From Candidatus Poseidoniales archaeon (GTDB taxonomy: Archaea > Thermoplasmatota > Poseidoniia > Poseidoniales > Poseidoniaceae): a DNA stretch of 64,000 nucleotides. Position numbers and translations under genes: made by a program. Within the stretch, counting starts at the first letter, position 1. The number at the start of each line of letters is the position of its first letter. A model generated the notes under the pieces. That model was given only the letters and a program-made list of their open reading frames with translations, did no database searches and was not told the origin of the DNA. Of the stretch, positions 45,197 to 54,251 are shown piece after piece. Where the stretch lies: assembly GCA_003602575.1 (NCBI GenBank), contig QQRY01000018.1, positions 21,632-85,631 of the forward strand, read 5' to 3'.

Positions 45197-45862
45197 ATGG
45201 GCCGTAAAATCTGGTTTCTAACAGGAAATATTGGAAAAGTCGAAGAAGCTAGAGAACACCTTACTCCATTGGGTTATGAAGTGAGCCAATTGATAGTTCC
45301 AAAAGATGCCATCATTGAACCACAATCAGACAGTATTACGGATGTAGCGATGGCAAAAATTGAACAGGCTAAATCCCATCTACCTTCAGGAGACAACTCC
45401 AAGGATATGTTAATGATTGAAGATGCTGGGTTATTCATTGATTCATTATCAGGTTTTCCCGGTGTTTACTCATCTTATGTTCATCAAACTATAGGTTGTG
45501 AAGGAATAATAAAATTACTATCACACTTAACAACTGAAGATAGCGTTAGGCTGGCCAGTTTAAGGTCCGCAGAATTTAGAGCAGTGACGGTCTTATGGGA
45601 CGATGGAGAAGTCTATGTTGGAAACGGCAAATGCCCAGGATATATTTCCACAAGCATAGTCGAAGGAAATGGATTTGGTTATGATCCAATTTTTGTTCCA
45701 TATGATTTAGATTCTGCTGGCGATTCTCTCTCAGCTGGGGAATATGGCGAAGTTAGTACCCATGGTTCACCTTTTGGAGGAGTTGAGATAACTACCAAGA
45801 AAAAGTTTAGTCACAGGAGTAGGGCATTAAACGACTTGTTTAACCAATTGCCATCAGCATGA
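45197..45862 (+). CDS. Non-canonical purine NTP pyrophosphatase (RdgB/HAM1 family)
   Basis: 'IWFLTGNIGKVEEA', 'EDAGLFIDSLSGFPGVYSS', 'GNGFGYDPIFVP', 'SHRSRAL'. ATG at 45197 after GGGAGAG. Confidence 0.85.
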   Translation: MGRKIWFLTGNIGKVEEAREHLTPLGYEVSQLIVPKDAIIEPQSDSITDVAMAKIEQAKSHLPSGDNSKDMLMIEDAGLFIDSLSGFPGVYSSYVHQTIGCEGIIKLLSHLTTEDSVRLASLRSAEFRAVTVLWDDGEVYVGNGKCPGYISTSIVEGNGFGYDPIFVPYDLDSAGDSLSAGEYGEVSTHGSPFGGVEITTKKKFSHRSRALNDLFNQLPSA

Positions 45863-45880
45863 TAAGTTAGAAGAAGTTGC

Positions 45881-46807
45881 ATGGTGGTGAGGGACATGGG
45901 TTTTGCACGTACAGTAATCGGTTTGTCTGCCCTTACTTCGGGTTTTTACTACCTGACCTCAGCCTCTAGTCTAACCGATACAGGTAAATGGACTTTGATT
46001 GGATTAACCTTTGCTTTCACTACTATTTGGGTTTTGATGGGCGGAAGAGGAATGATCAAGCCACCAGTTCAACAAGTGGCAACTCAGACAGTATCTGCTG
46101 AAGAAACCGTAGAAGAAGATTTAGAAGAAGATTCAGATATCCCTCAACCAGTAACTCAGGATTCGATGGATGGTGCTACTCTTCGTGAACGAAAATTAGC
46201 TAAAATAAAAGCAGCTGATTTAGAAAAACAAAGTTTAGAGTCTGATGATGATGAAATGAGTGGCCTTGACGAAGTCGAGGTTGAAATAGAAGAATTACAT
46301 ACGGCAGATGAATATGTTGTTGAGGTAAGTCCTGAATCTGTTGAAGATGCAGACATTGAAGTTACGGTTTCTAATCGTAGAATCAAGCATCAAGAAATTA
46401 GAAACAGAATCGAGAAAAGACGCAGAGGTCAATTGGCAGAGATTAGAGCATCAACTGTTAGGATGTGGGAAGAACATACAGCAGGTGAAGACTTAGTTGC
46501 TGTTCTTCAAACCGAAAACCATGGTCAAACCGTTCTTGTCGAACCAGAAAATCCACAACCAGGGCATATTTATGGTGCTACCTTCATAAGATTAGACGAA
46601 AGTAAAATTCTGAAATTGAGAACCCCTCTAGATGATGGTTTCGAAGAAGTTGAAAAGAAGCCTAAATTGCCAGATTTATTAGGTCCTGATGGCAATCCTT
46701 TGCCACCATTACCAGAACTTGGTGAACTACCTCTCCCGCCACTTCCTGTAGCAAATTCGTCTGCAAGTAGTGCTTTGGCAGCGTTGAAAGATGAAATGGA
46801 AGATTAA
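45881..46807 (+). CDS. Hypothetical membrane-anchored acidic protein with Pro-rich C-terminus
   Basis: Two N-terminal TM helices, a long Glu/Asp-rich region, and a 'PLPPLPELGELPLPPLPV' tail. No motif recognised. Confidence 0.45.
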   Translation: MVVRDMGFARTVIGLSALTSGFYYLTSASSLTDTGKWTLIGLTFAFTTIWVLMGGRGMIKPPVQQVATQTVSAEETVEEDLEEDSDIPQPVTQDSMDGATLRERKLAKIKAADLEKQSLESDDDEMSGLDEVEVEIEELHTADEYVVEVSPESVEDADIEVTVSNRRIKHQEIRNRIEKRRRGQLAEIRASTVRMWEEHTAGEDLVAVLQTENHGQTVLVEPENPQPGHIYGATFIRLDESKILKLRTPLDDGFEEVEKKPKLPDLLGPDGNPLPPLPELGELPLPPLPVANSSASSALAALKDEMED

Positions 46808-47543
46808 AGAGGCCATATCGATGATCTCTGAACAAGAATCAAAAATCATCGAGGGTTCAAATAAAAGAAGATTAGCACTACTTGGATTGATTTTGGTAGC
46901 GATTGCGCCCAGCGTTTCAGTAATTACCGGCTTCGCTTTCAAAGCAGGCCTGTTGGCAATTTTTGTATTCGTTTTTACTAAGGTATGGATTTTTGGATTA
47001 CCTGCTTTTTGGTATTTGCGCATAGAGAAAGGCGAAAAGTCATTCTCATTACCAGAAAATGGAGGATGGAAAGTATCTACTCTTCTTGGAATTGGAATGC
47101 TAATAGTGATATTTATTGCATATTTTTCTATAGGCGATAAGTTACTCAGGGCGGATGAGTTGACTGAGATTTTAGATACTGTTGGATTGACTGTTGCTTG
47201 GAAATTTGCTTTGGCAATAATTTTCTGGGTCTTCATTAATTCAGTATTAGAAGAATATGTATTTAGGTGGTTTATTACTTCGAAAATTGAACAGTTGATA
47301 GGTGGCGTTTGGATTCCAATTTTCCTATCTGCTGGTATTTTTACAATTCATCATACGATAGCATTAGCATTTTTTATTGATCCATTGGGCAATTTCATTG
47401 CATCACTCGGAGTTTTTATTGGAGGAGCAATATTTTCTTGGTTGTATATGCGCTATCGTAGCATATGGGTTGCGTGGGTTGCTCATGCAATTGCAGATAT
47501 TGCGATTTTCATAATTGGTTGGAATATGGTAATCGGCTTTTGA
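46791..47543 (+). CDS. CPBP-family (CAAX/Abi) intramembrane glutamic metalloprotease
   Basis: 'NSVLEEYVFRWF' (EExxxR), 'FTIHHT', 'VAHAIADIAIF' (HxxxD/N) in multi-TM context. Overlaps the upstream gene by 17 nt; an alternative Met lies at 46821. Confidence 0.7.
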   Translation: MKWKIKEAISMISEQESKIIEGSNKRRLALLGLILVAIAPSVSVITGFAFKAGLLAIFVFVFTKVWIFGLPAFWYLRIEKGEKSFSLPENGGWKVSTLLGIGMLIVIFIAYFSIGDKLLRADELTEILDTVGLTVAWKFALAIIFWVFINSVLEEYVFRWFITSKIEQLIGGVWIPIFLSAGIFTIHHTIALAFFIDPLGNFIASLGVFIGGAIFSWLYMRYRSIWVAWVAHAIADIAIFIIGWNMVIGF

Positions 47544-48395
47544 TTACTTGTGTTTCCATTGAGCAGTCTCTCTATTCAAGAATGCTTGTACACCTATTTC
47601 CTTATCTTCAGTATCAAATAGTCCAGCAAAAGCCTCGGCTTCGATTGCAACGCCTTCTTGCAGTCCAACCTCTAGAGAAGTCCTGATAGTCGATTTTGCT
47701 ACTGCTAGAGTATTGGAGGATTTACTCGAGATAATTTTAGCCATATTCATTGTGAAATCTAATAGTTCATCAGGACTAACCACATGATTAACTAAGCCTA
47801 TTTTGTATGCTTCATCTGCATCTATCCTTTCTCCAGTCATTATCAACTCCATAGTCTTGCCATAGCCGAGTAATTTCATCAGGCGTTGTGTTGCTCCATA
47901 TCCCGGAATAAGGCCGAGATTGATTTCAGGAGTTCCAAATTTAGAACGAGAACTTGCAATTCGTATATCGCAAGAACAAGCAACTTCACATCCGCCTCCA
48001 AGAGCAAAACCATCTACCATTGCAATTGTAGGTTTGCTTAGCGACCAAATGGCTTCAACACCATTATCGGTAAATTGAATTTTTATGTCTTTGCTATTTT
48101 TCCCAACAAACTCTGTAATATCTGCGCCGGCAACAAAAGCATTAGGTTTCGCCTTTTTACCTTCTGGTGGAGGTAATGGCTGAGCCCCAGTAATTACCAC
48201 ACAGCGAACCGATTCTTCAGATTCAACCCACTTACACATAGTTTTGATAGAGTTCATGACATCAGAATTTAATGCATTCAATTTATTTGGACGATTGATT
48301 GTCACTAATGCTATACTTCCTTTACTGGTATCTTCTCCATCTGATGCAATTAATTCAACTTGAAGAACCTCGCTTTGTGGTGCGCTCATGACCAT
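47544..48395 (-). CDS. Enoyl-CoA hydratase/isomerase (crotonase) family protein
   Basis: 'VTINRPNKLNALN', 'FVAGADITEF', 'VDGFALGGGCEVACSCDIRIAS'. Confidence 0.85.
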   Translation of the reverse strand: MVMSAPQSEVLQVELIASDGEDTSKGSIALVTINRPNKLNALNSDVMNSIKTMCKWVESEESVRCVVITGAQPLPPPEGKKAKPNAFVAGADITEFVGKNSKDIKIQFTDNGVEAIWSLSKPTIAMVDGFALGGGCEVACSCDIRIASSRSKFGTPEINLGLIPGYGATQRLMKLLGYGKTMELIMTGERIDADEAYKIGLVNHVVSPDELLDFTMNMAKIISSKSSNTLAVAKSTIRTSLEVGLQEGVAIEAEAFAGLFDTEDKEIGVQAFLNRETAQWKHK

Positions 48396-48461
48396 GCCAG
48401 TGGGATGGACTTCATGATTTATCCGTATTAATTTGTTAAACCAATAGTAAAAAGCGGAGCG

Positions 48462-49256
48462 ATGTTAGGTCATAATATGGGTGGAACAGAAGTAGCTTTG
48501 GTCAAAGCGGTTGATATGGCTAAGAAATACGGCGACTTCATCGCTTTACACCCGTTGAATGTTGAAGTTCATTCAGGCGAATTCTTCGGAGTTTTTGGAC
48601 CAAATGGCGCAGGTAAATCGACATTCATAAAATTACTAACGGGGCAGTTAAAGCCAAGTAAGGGATTGATAGAAATTTTAGGAATTAATGCAGTAAAAGA
48701 TCCGCAGAAACTCAAAGCGAATATTGGTATTGTTCCTGAATCAGAATCACCACCATCATTTCTAACCCCTGTCGAATTTCTTGAATTTGTAGCAACGTTG
48801 AGAAATGTTGAGGATATTAAGAATGAAGTTGAGTATTGGCTAGATTGGTTTGGACTTGAAGAGAAAAGAAACACAATGTGCAAAGACCTATCCAAGGGTC
48901 AACGACAAAAGGTTATGCTGGCAGCAGCCTTCATTCATAGACCAAAGTTATTATTTCTAGATGAACCCTTTGCTAATTTAGATCCAATATACCAGCGCAA
49001 ATGTAGGCAATGGTTGCTCGATCATGTTGAAAATGGCGGAACTATATTCCTGTGTTCTCACGTACTAGAGATGGCGGAGAGGATGTGTAATAGAATGGCT
49101 ATAATCAATGACGGTAAAGTCCTTGCTGCAGGCTCAGTTAGTGACCTAAAAATTTCAACTGAAGAGACATTAGAAGATGTTTTTATTAGACTAGTTGGCC
49201 GTTCTATCGAAGATATGGAGCGGATTAATGAAGAAGGGATATCTGAGGAGGAATAG
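48462..49256 (+). CDS. ABC transporter ATP-binding protein
   Basis: 'GPNGAGKST' Walker A, 'LSKGQRQKV' signature, 'LLFLDEP' Walker B, 'CSHVLE' H-loop. Confidence 0.9.
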   Translation: MLGHNMGGTEVALVKAVDMAKKYGDFIALHPLNVEVHSGEFFGVFGPNGAGKSTFIKLLTGQLKPSKGLIEILGINAVKDPQKLKANIGIVPESESPPSFLTPVEFLEFVATLRNVEDIKNEVEYWLDWFGLEEKRNTMCKDLSKGQRQKVMLAAAFIHRPKLLFLDEPFANLDPIYQRKCRQWLLDHVENGGTIFLCSHVLEMAERMCNRMAIINDGKVLAAGSVSDLKISTEETLEDVFIRLVGRSIEDMERINEEGISEEE

Positions 49257-49258
49257 GT

Positions 49259-50953
49259 TTGCCTGGTATTTTGATTTCATCTAAGGATTGGGATGAAGTC
49301 GAACCTAACACTAAAATGACCAATTTAGGAACAGGTTCCTTGGGTCAAAAATTACATACTCCAATGCGTGGTTTTTCTGCTTTTATTGCAACCTTCAAAG
49401 TAATGTTCAAGGAAGAGTTTAGGAAAAATATTGAATTTGCCAAAGCAAGGCAAGTAGTTCTTTTCCCTCTTTTATTGTCAGTAGTTACTATGATTTCAAC
49501 AATCGGATTACAATTCCTTGTTGGGGACTCTGCCGCACAAACCAGTGACATCGAATCTAAAACCTTCACATGGCAGGAATTACGATTTGGCTTGCATCTG
49601 CCATTACTAGTGTTTAGTCTAGGGATGGGCACATTTGCTTTCATGGGCCGTGAAGCTTTAATCAGAAGGACGGGGACAAAGAATTTCTTACTTGCATCAC
49701 CTGCTCTACAACCTTTGCCAAACTCAGTAGCCCATTTTGTATATTTTGTGAAGGACTTATGCTTCTATGTATTACTAATTCTTTCTCCAATAATTTTTGG
49801 AATGTTTTTAGGAATTGGTCTTGAGACGGTTGCATCGATTAACACTCCACTAGAACTTAGTAGCCTTCCATGGACATGGATTGCAATGGTTGTTACTCTC
49901 GCTCAAGGATTAGTATTTTCGTTTTTAGCCTCTGCATTATGGATGCGTGGTAGACCGTATACTGTGCTTGGCCCTGTAGTGATAGTTTTATTCGGAATTT
50001 CAGCAGGTGTCGGAGTTTTTGATCTAGAATGGTTTTTGCTTGGACTAAAAGTACAGTCTAGTCAAAATTTCTTAATTGCTTTATTGTCATTCACCATCTG
50101 TATAGGTCTTGGCTACCTATCCTCTTTATTGATTATAGATGACTTTGATGTAAGCGTAGTTGAGAAAGGAGATATGCTAGAACCAATCTATCAGAAACTA
50201 GGTTTCCTCGGTAAGGGCGAGGTTAGGCTAATCGTTGCTAAGGAATTCGTAGATTTATTCCGCTCAGGTTCTATAAAAAAGATGACAGTATCTTATGCTA
50301 TACCTCTCTTAGTATTACTAGGAATGGCTTGGCTGATCGACTTCGCTGAAGCCCCAATTCCAATTAATTTACTATCATATGCTCCATTCTTGGGATTTTT
50401 TGGATTCAATTTTTATTCTTGGCTGACAATTCTAGATTCTCCTGAATTCATGAATGGTCTTCCATTGAGGGTTCCGCAATTAATCAGGGCAAAAGTCGTA
50501 GTTTACTTTTTAGCAACTTCATGGATTTCTCTAATATTCATTGTTTTGATGGCTTGGAGATTAGATGAGTGGGCCTCTCTTCCAACCAGTATTATTGTGA
50601 TGTTTGCCAACTCAATATACATTGTAGCCTTAACTGCTTATCTAATGGGCCTTAGGCCAAATCAAGCAATATTCGATGCATCGATAATGATATGGTTTTG
50701 GATAGGTACAGTTTTACCACTTCTCGGGCTATTTTTACTTTCATTCACGCAAGGAGATGTCTCACTTTATGGTAATTGGTGGGAGCGTGCTTCTCAGGAT
50801 GGCCTTGCAGCAACAGCGACAATGTATGATGAAAGTCTAGTTCAGCAGGGGTATATGGGCATGATAATAATATCAGTCATCCTTCTAATGGCATCCACGC
50901 TATTATGGAAATTGATGGATAGGCGATGGGGCAATTCACATTTCAACAATTAA
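49259..50953 (+). CDS. Putative ABC transporter permease (large polytopic membrane protein)
   Basis: 564 aa with about 12 hydrophobic helices. TTG start 5 nt after GAGGAGGAA, which lies within the end of the ATPase gene and suggests translational coupling. Confidence 0.55.
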   Translation: MPGILISSKDWDEVEPNTKMTNLGTGSLGQKLHTPMRGFSAFIATFKVMFKEEFRKNIEFAKARQVVLFPLLLSVVTMISTIGLQFLVGDSAAQTSDIESKTFTWQELRFGLHLPLLVFSLGMGTFAFMGREALIRRTGTKNFLLASPALQPLPNSVAHFVYFVKDLCFYVLLILSPIIFGMFLGIGLETVASINTPLELSSLPWTWIAMVVTLAQGLVFSFLASALWMRGRPYTVLGPVVIVLFGISAGVGVFDLEWFLLGLKVQSSQNFLIALLSFTICIGLGYLSSLLIIDDFDVSVVEKGDMLEPIYQKLGFLGKGEVRLIVAKEFVDLFRSGSIKKMTVSYAIPLLVLLGMAWLIDFAEAPIPINLLSYAPFLGFFGFNFYSWLTILDSPEFMNGLPLRVPQLIRAKVVVYFLATSWISLIFIVLMAWRLDEWASLPTSIIVMFANSIYIVALTAYLMGLRPNQAIFDASIMIWFWIGTVLPLLGLFLLSFTQGDVSLYGNWWERASQDGLAATATMYDESLVQQGYMGMIIISVILLMASTLLWKLMDRRWGNSHFNN

Positions 50954-51021
50954 TTATTTTAATTCAAATTATGCTTTGGCATGAGAGGTATATTCAAGGG
51001 CATCCTTCTCAACGCTAGTCC

Positions 51022-51585
51022 ATGGGAAGAGTCCTTGCCGTGTGTGGTTTGCCTGGCTCAGGTAAGGGCGAGTTTGCGGCTGTAATACGTCGTTCTGGCA
51101 TCCCTATTTTATCGATGGGAGATATGGTTAGGGCCGAAGTCACTAGACTTGGAGTAGAGGAAAGCCCTGGTATCTTTGGACAAGTAGCAGCTCAGTTGAG
51201 GGCTGAGTTTGGCGATGATGTATTGGCAAAGAGGCTATGTGATGCAGTGGACGAATTGCTTGAAGAGCACAAGATTATTCTTATTGAGGGGCTTCGGGGC
51301 ACTGCAGAATTTGATTTATTTCACTCTAGGTGGGGCGATTCATTTTCAACAATAGCGATAACAGCATCAATGGATGTTAGATTTCAAAGAATTCAGAGCA
51401 GAGGTCGTTCTGAAGACGGAGATTATGCGGCTTTTGAAGTAAGAGAGAAACGTGAAACAGGATGGGGTCTTGATAAATTAATTGAATCAGCAGATATCGT
51501 ATTACCTAACGATTCCAATCTCGAAGATTTCTATTCCCTTTGTGAAAACTGGCTTGAACAGGTTAAATCCCACGATGGCTTTTGA
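51022..51585 (+). CDS. UPF0200-type archaeal P-loop nucleotide kinase (dephospho-CoA-kinase-like)
   Basis: 'VLAVCGLPGSGKGEFA', 'ILSMGDMVRAEV', 'ILIEGLRGTAEFDLF', 'RFQRIQSRGRSEDGD', 'REKRETGWG' parallel the UPF0200 family pattern. Confidence 0.65.
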   Translation: MGRVLAVCGLPGSGKGEFAAVIRRSGIPILSMGDMVRAEVTRLGVEESPGIFGQVAAQLRAEFGDDVLAKRLCDAVDELLEEHKIILIEGLRGTAEFDLFHSRWGDSFSTIAITASMDVRFQRIQSRGRSEDGDYAAFEVREKRETGWGLDKLIESADIVLPNDSNLEDFYSLCENWLEQVKSHDGF

Positions 51586-51681
51586 TTTTGTCTCGCAGGG
51601 TATTGATTTTAGGACAAAATTTCACCGAAGTGTTATAGTCGTCCGAGGCGTGTGATAGATTGCTTCGGCGAGGGATGATGT

Positions 51682-53205
51682 ATGGCGCGAAAAAAAGGGA
51701 GTAGAGGTAAACGCCAAAGAGCCCAGCAAAGAGCGCAGTATGATGAGCTTGACAAATATCCTGTTTTACCGCCTCACGCATTCGCTAGAGTGGTAAGAGA
51801 TAGGCAAACTCTAAACATTATTTATCAAATTATTGAACCGCCTATGACTAAGAAAGAAGAAGGCTATAGGGACGAAATAATGGATATTTTCATCCGTTCA
51901 TTAACAGCAAATATTGAAGAGATAGATGCCAATCCAGAAGCATACATCAGAACAGCTATGGATAAAGTAATCAAATCTTATGGGATGAAAATTAATAAGA
52001 AATCCAAGTCAAAAATCTTCTATTATCTAAGAAGAGATTTGATCGGTTACGGTCAGATGGACGTTTTAATGAATGATGCAAACGTAGAAGATATTTCCTG
52101 CGATGGAACAAATGTCCCAATTTTTGCTTATCATCGAAAGTTTGAATCTGTTGAAACAACCTGTGTTTGGCCAGAAGATGATATGCTTGAATCATATGTA
52201 ATCAAACTGGCACAGCGTTGCGGTAAGCACATTTCAGTCGCCGATCCACTTTTAGATGCAACATTGATGGATGGTTCAAGAATTGTTATGAAACTTGGAC
52301 ATGAAGTTTCCACTCGAGGTTCATCATTCTGTATTCGAAGATTCAAGGATGACCCATTTTCTCCTGCCGACATTATCGCGTTTAGAACAATGTCTTCTCT
52401 AATGGTCGCTTACCTTTGGATTGCATTCCAAAATGAAGTACCTATGCTGTTCGTAGGTGGTACCGCATCGGGCAAGACTACCACGCTAAACGCAATGTGT
52501 ATTTTTATTCCTTGGCAGATGAAAATCGTATCAATCGAATCAACTCGTGAAGTTAACATTCCTCAACCAAACTGGGTGCCCGGCCTTACTAGGCAAGGTT
52601 TTGGAGGTGAATCTTCAGAGGGAGTTATTGGTGAGTTCGAGTTACTAAAAGCAGCACTTCGTGAGCGGCCGGAATATATCATTGTTGGTGAGATTCGTGG
52701 TGCTGAAGCATACGTTCTATTCCAGGCTATGGCTACAGGCCACTGCGCCTATTCAACAGTTCACGCTGATTCGGTTCCATCTCTTGTTCACAGATTAGAG
52801 AATAAACCAATTGACATTCCGCGTGTTCTTCTTCCTGCACTTGAAGCATGTTCTATTCAGATTCAAACAAGAATAAACGGAAAGCGTGTTCGAAGAACAA
52901 AGCAACTTGTTGAGATCGTTGGAATAGACCCTAACTCTTTGGAAGTGATAACAAATGAAGTATTCCGTTGGGACGTAACAACCGATGATTTCATATTTAG
53001 TGGAAAATCCTATGTCCTCGAGAAAATCATGGTAAAACTCAATTATTCTCAGGATGATATGAGAAGAGAATTGAGGACTCGTAAAAGAATTCTTGAATGG
53101 ATGGTATTGAATGATATACGTAAGGCTGACCAAGTGTCACAGATAGTCACTGAATACTATGTACGTCCAAATGAAATTCTAGCACGTGTCGACGGTCTAC
53201 GTTGA
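51682..53205 (+). CDS. Type IV filament assembly ATPase (ArlI/FlaI-PilB/TadA family, T2SSE domain)
   Basis: 'LFVGGTASGKTTTLNAM' Walker A, 'IIVGEIRGAEAYVLFQAMATGH' (Walker B/His box), 'DISCDG'. Basic N-terminal tail 'ARKKGSRGKRQRAQQR'. Confidence 0.9.
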   Translation: MARKKGSRGKRQRAQQRAQYDELDKYPVLPPHAFARVVRDRQTLNIIYQIIEPPMTKKEEGYRDEIMDIFIRSLTANIEEIDANPEAYIRTAMDKVIKSYGMKINKKSKSKIFYYLRRDLIGYGQMDVLMNDANVEDISCDGTNVPIFAYHRKFESVETTCVWPEDDMLESYVIKLAQRCGKHISVADPLLDATLMDGSRIVMKLGHEVSTRGSSFCIRRFKDDPFSPADIIAFRTMSSLMVAYLWIAFQNEVPMLFVGGTASGKTTTLNAMCIFIPWQMKIVSIESTREVNIPQPNWVPGLTRQGFGGESSEGVIGEFELLKAALRERPEYIIVGEIRGAEAYVLFQAMATGHCAYSTVHADSVPSLVHRLENKPIDIPRVLLPALEACSIQIQTRINGKRVRRTKQLVEIVGIDPNSLEVITNEVFRWDVTTDDFIFSGKSYVLEKIMVKLNYSQDDMRRELRTRKRILEWMVLNDIRKADQVSQIVTEYYVRPNEILARVDGLR

Positions 53206-53218
53206 TGGGGGAATAAGA

Positions 53219-54238
53219 ATGGAACTAACCGCTTGGCAGAGATTCTGCAATAGAATCCTTGGTCGTTTGGTTAAGAAAAGAGCGCGTAGGGATAAAGAAC
53301 TTGCAGATAATTTAGTCAAGGGTTCTATGGGAATAATGCCTGAAGTTTATCTTTCAACTGTAATAATAACTTCCTTAGCTATAGTTCTAATCTGCTGGGG
53401 TATTGTATCCTTATTTTTCATACCTGAGATTGGAGTTATTGCTTTTTGGGAAGGACTTCAAGACCCAGCCACAATTAACCCATGCCTTGACTGGGAGTAT
53501 TGGTCGCCCGAATTAATAGATAACTCAAAACCAGGAAATGGTTGTCCAGAATATGAAACTAGAGTATTCCCTGTAGCATTACAGGGAGTTATATTAGTAG
53601 TTGGAGGAGTAATTATCCCTTATGCTGGATTCAAATTAGTTCGCGGCGGTGCGAAGCGTGAAGCAGATAGAAGAGGCGCACAAATTGAAAAATATCTTCC
53701 ATACGCTGCTTCTTACACTGCTGCTATGTCTGCAGCGAATGCCACCCCTGCCAAAATCTTCCGCTCTTTAGCTATGAACAGTGATATTTATGGCGATGTA
53801 GCAGATGATGCAGGATTAATTTATCGTGACGTTACTCTACTTGGGTATGACTTGATTACTGCGATAAAAATGAGTGTGGATAGGGCGGCATCAATTTGGC
53901 TGACAGAGTTTTTCCAAGGGATGGTCGGAACACTGACTGCTGGTGGCCATTTGAAGTTGTATTTCCTTAACAGAGCTGAACATTACATGAGAGAAAATAG
54001 AACAAGACTTCAACAATTTTTGGAATCTATTGCACTACTTGCCGAATCATATATTGTAGTCGCAGTTGCTATGCCTCTATTTTTGATAGTCATGCTTGTA
54101 ATTATGTTCTGGGTTTCAGGTTCAGGTGCACAGATGTCGGAAGGCATGCTATATGGCATCGTTCTAGGATTCATACCCATGATCCACCTTGCTTATGCGG
54201 TATTGGTTTACACAAGTAGTAAGGAACAAGAAATGTGA
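53219..54238 (+). CDS. Type IV filament platform protein, first half-type (single T2SSF domain; TadB/EpdJ-like)
   Basis: 'IEKYLPYAASYTAAMSAANATPAKIFRSLA...LIYRDVTLLGYDLITAIKMSVDRA' is an ArlJ/FlaJ/TadC-like cytoplasmic domain flanked by TM helices. ATG at 53219, 14 nt after the ATPase stop. Confidence 0.7.
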   Translation: MELTAWQRFCNRILGRLVKKRARRDKELADNLVKGSMGIMPEVYLSTVIITSLAIVLICWGIVSLFFIPEIGVIAFWEGLQDPATINPCLDWEYWSPELIDNSKPGNGCPEYETRVFPVALQGVILVVGGVIIPYAGFKLVRGGAKREADRRGAQIEKYLPYAASYTAAMSAANATPAKIFRSLAMNSDIYGDVADDAGLIYRDVTLLGYDLITAIKMSVDRAASIWLTEFFQGMVGTLTAGGHLKLYFLNRAEHYMRENRTRLQQFLESIALLAESYIVVAVAMPLFLIVMLVIMFWVSGSGAQMSEGMLYGIVLGFIPMIHLAYAVLVYTSSKEQEM

Positions 54239-54251
54239 TGGGGGTGATTTA

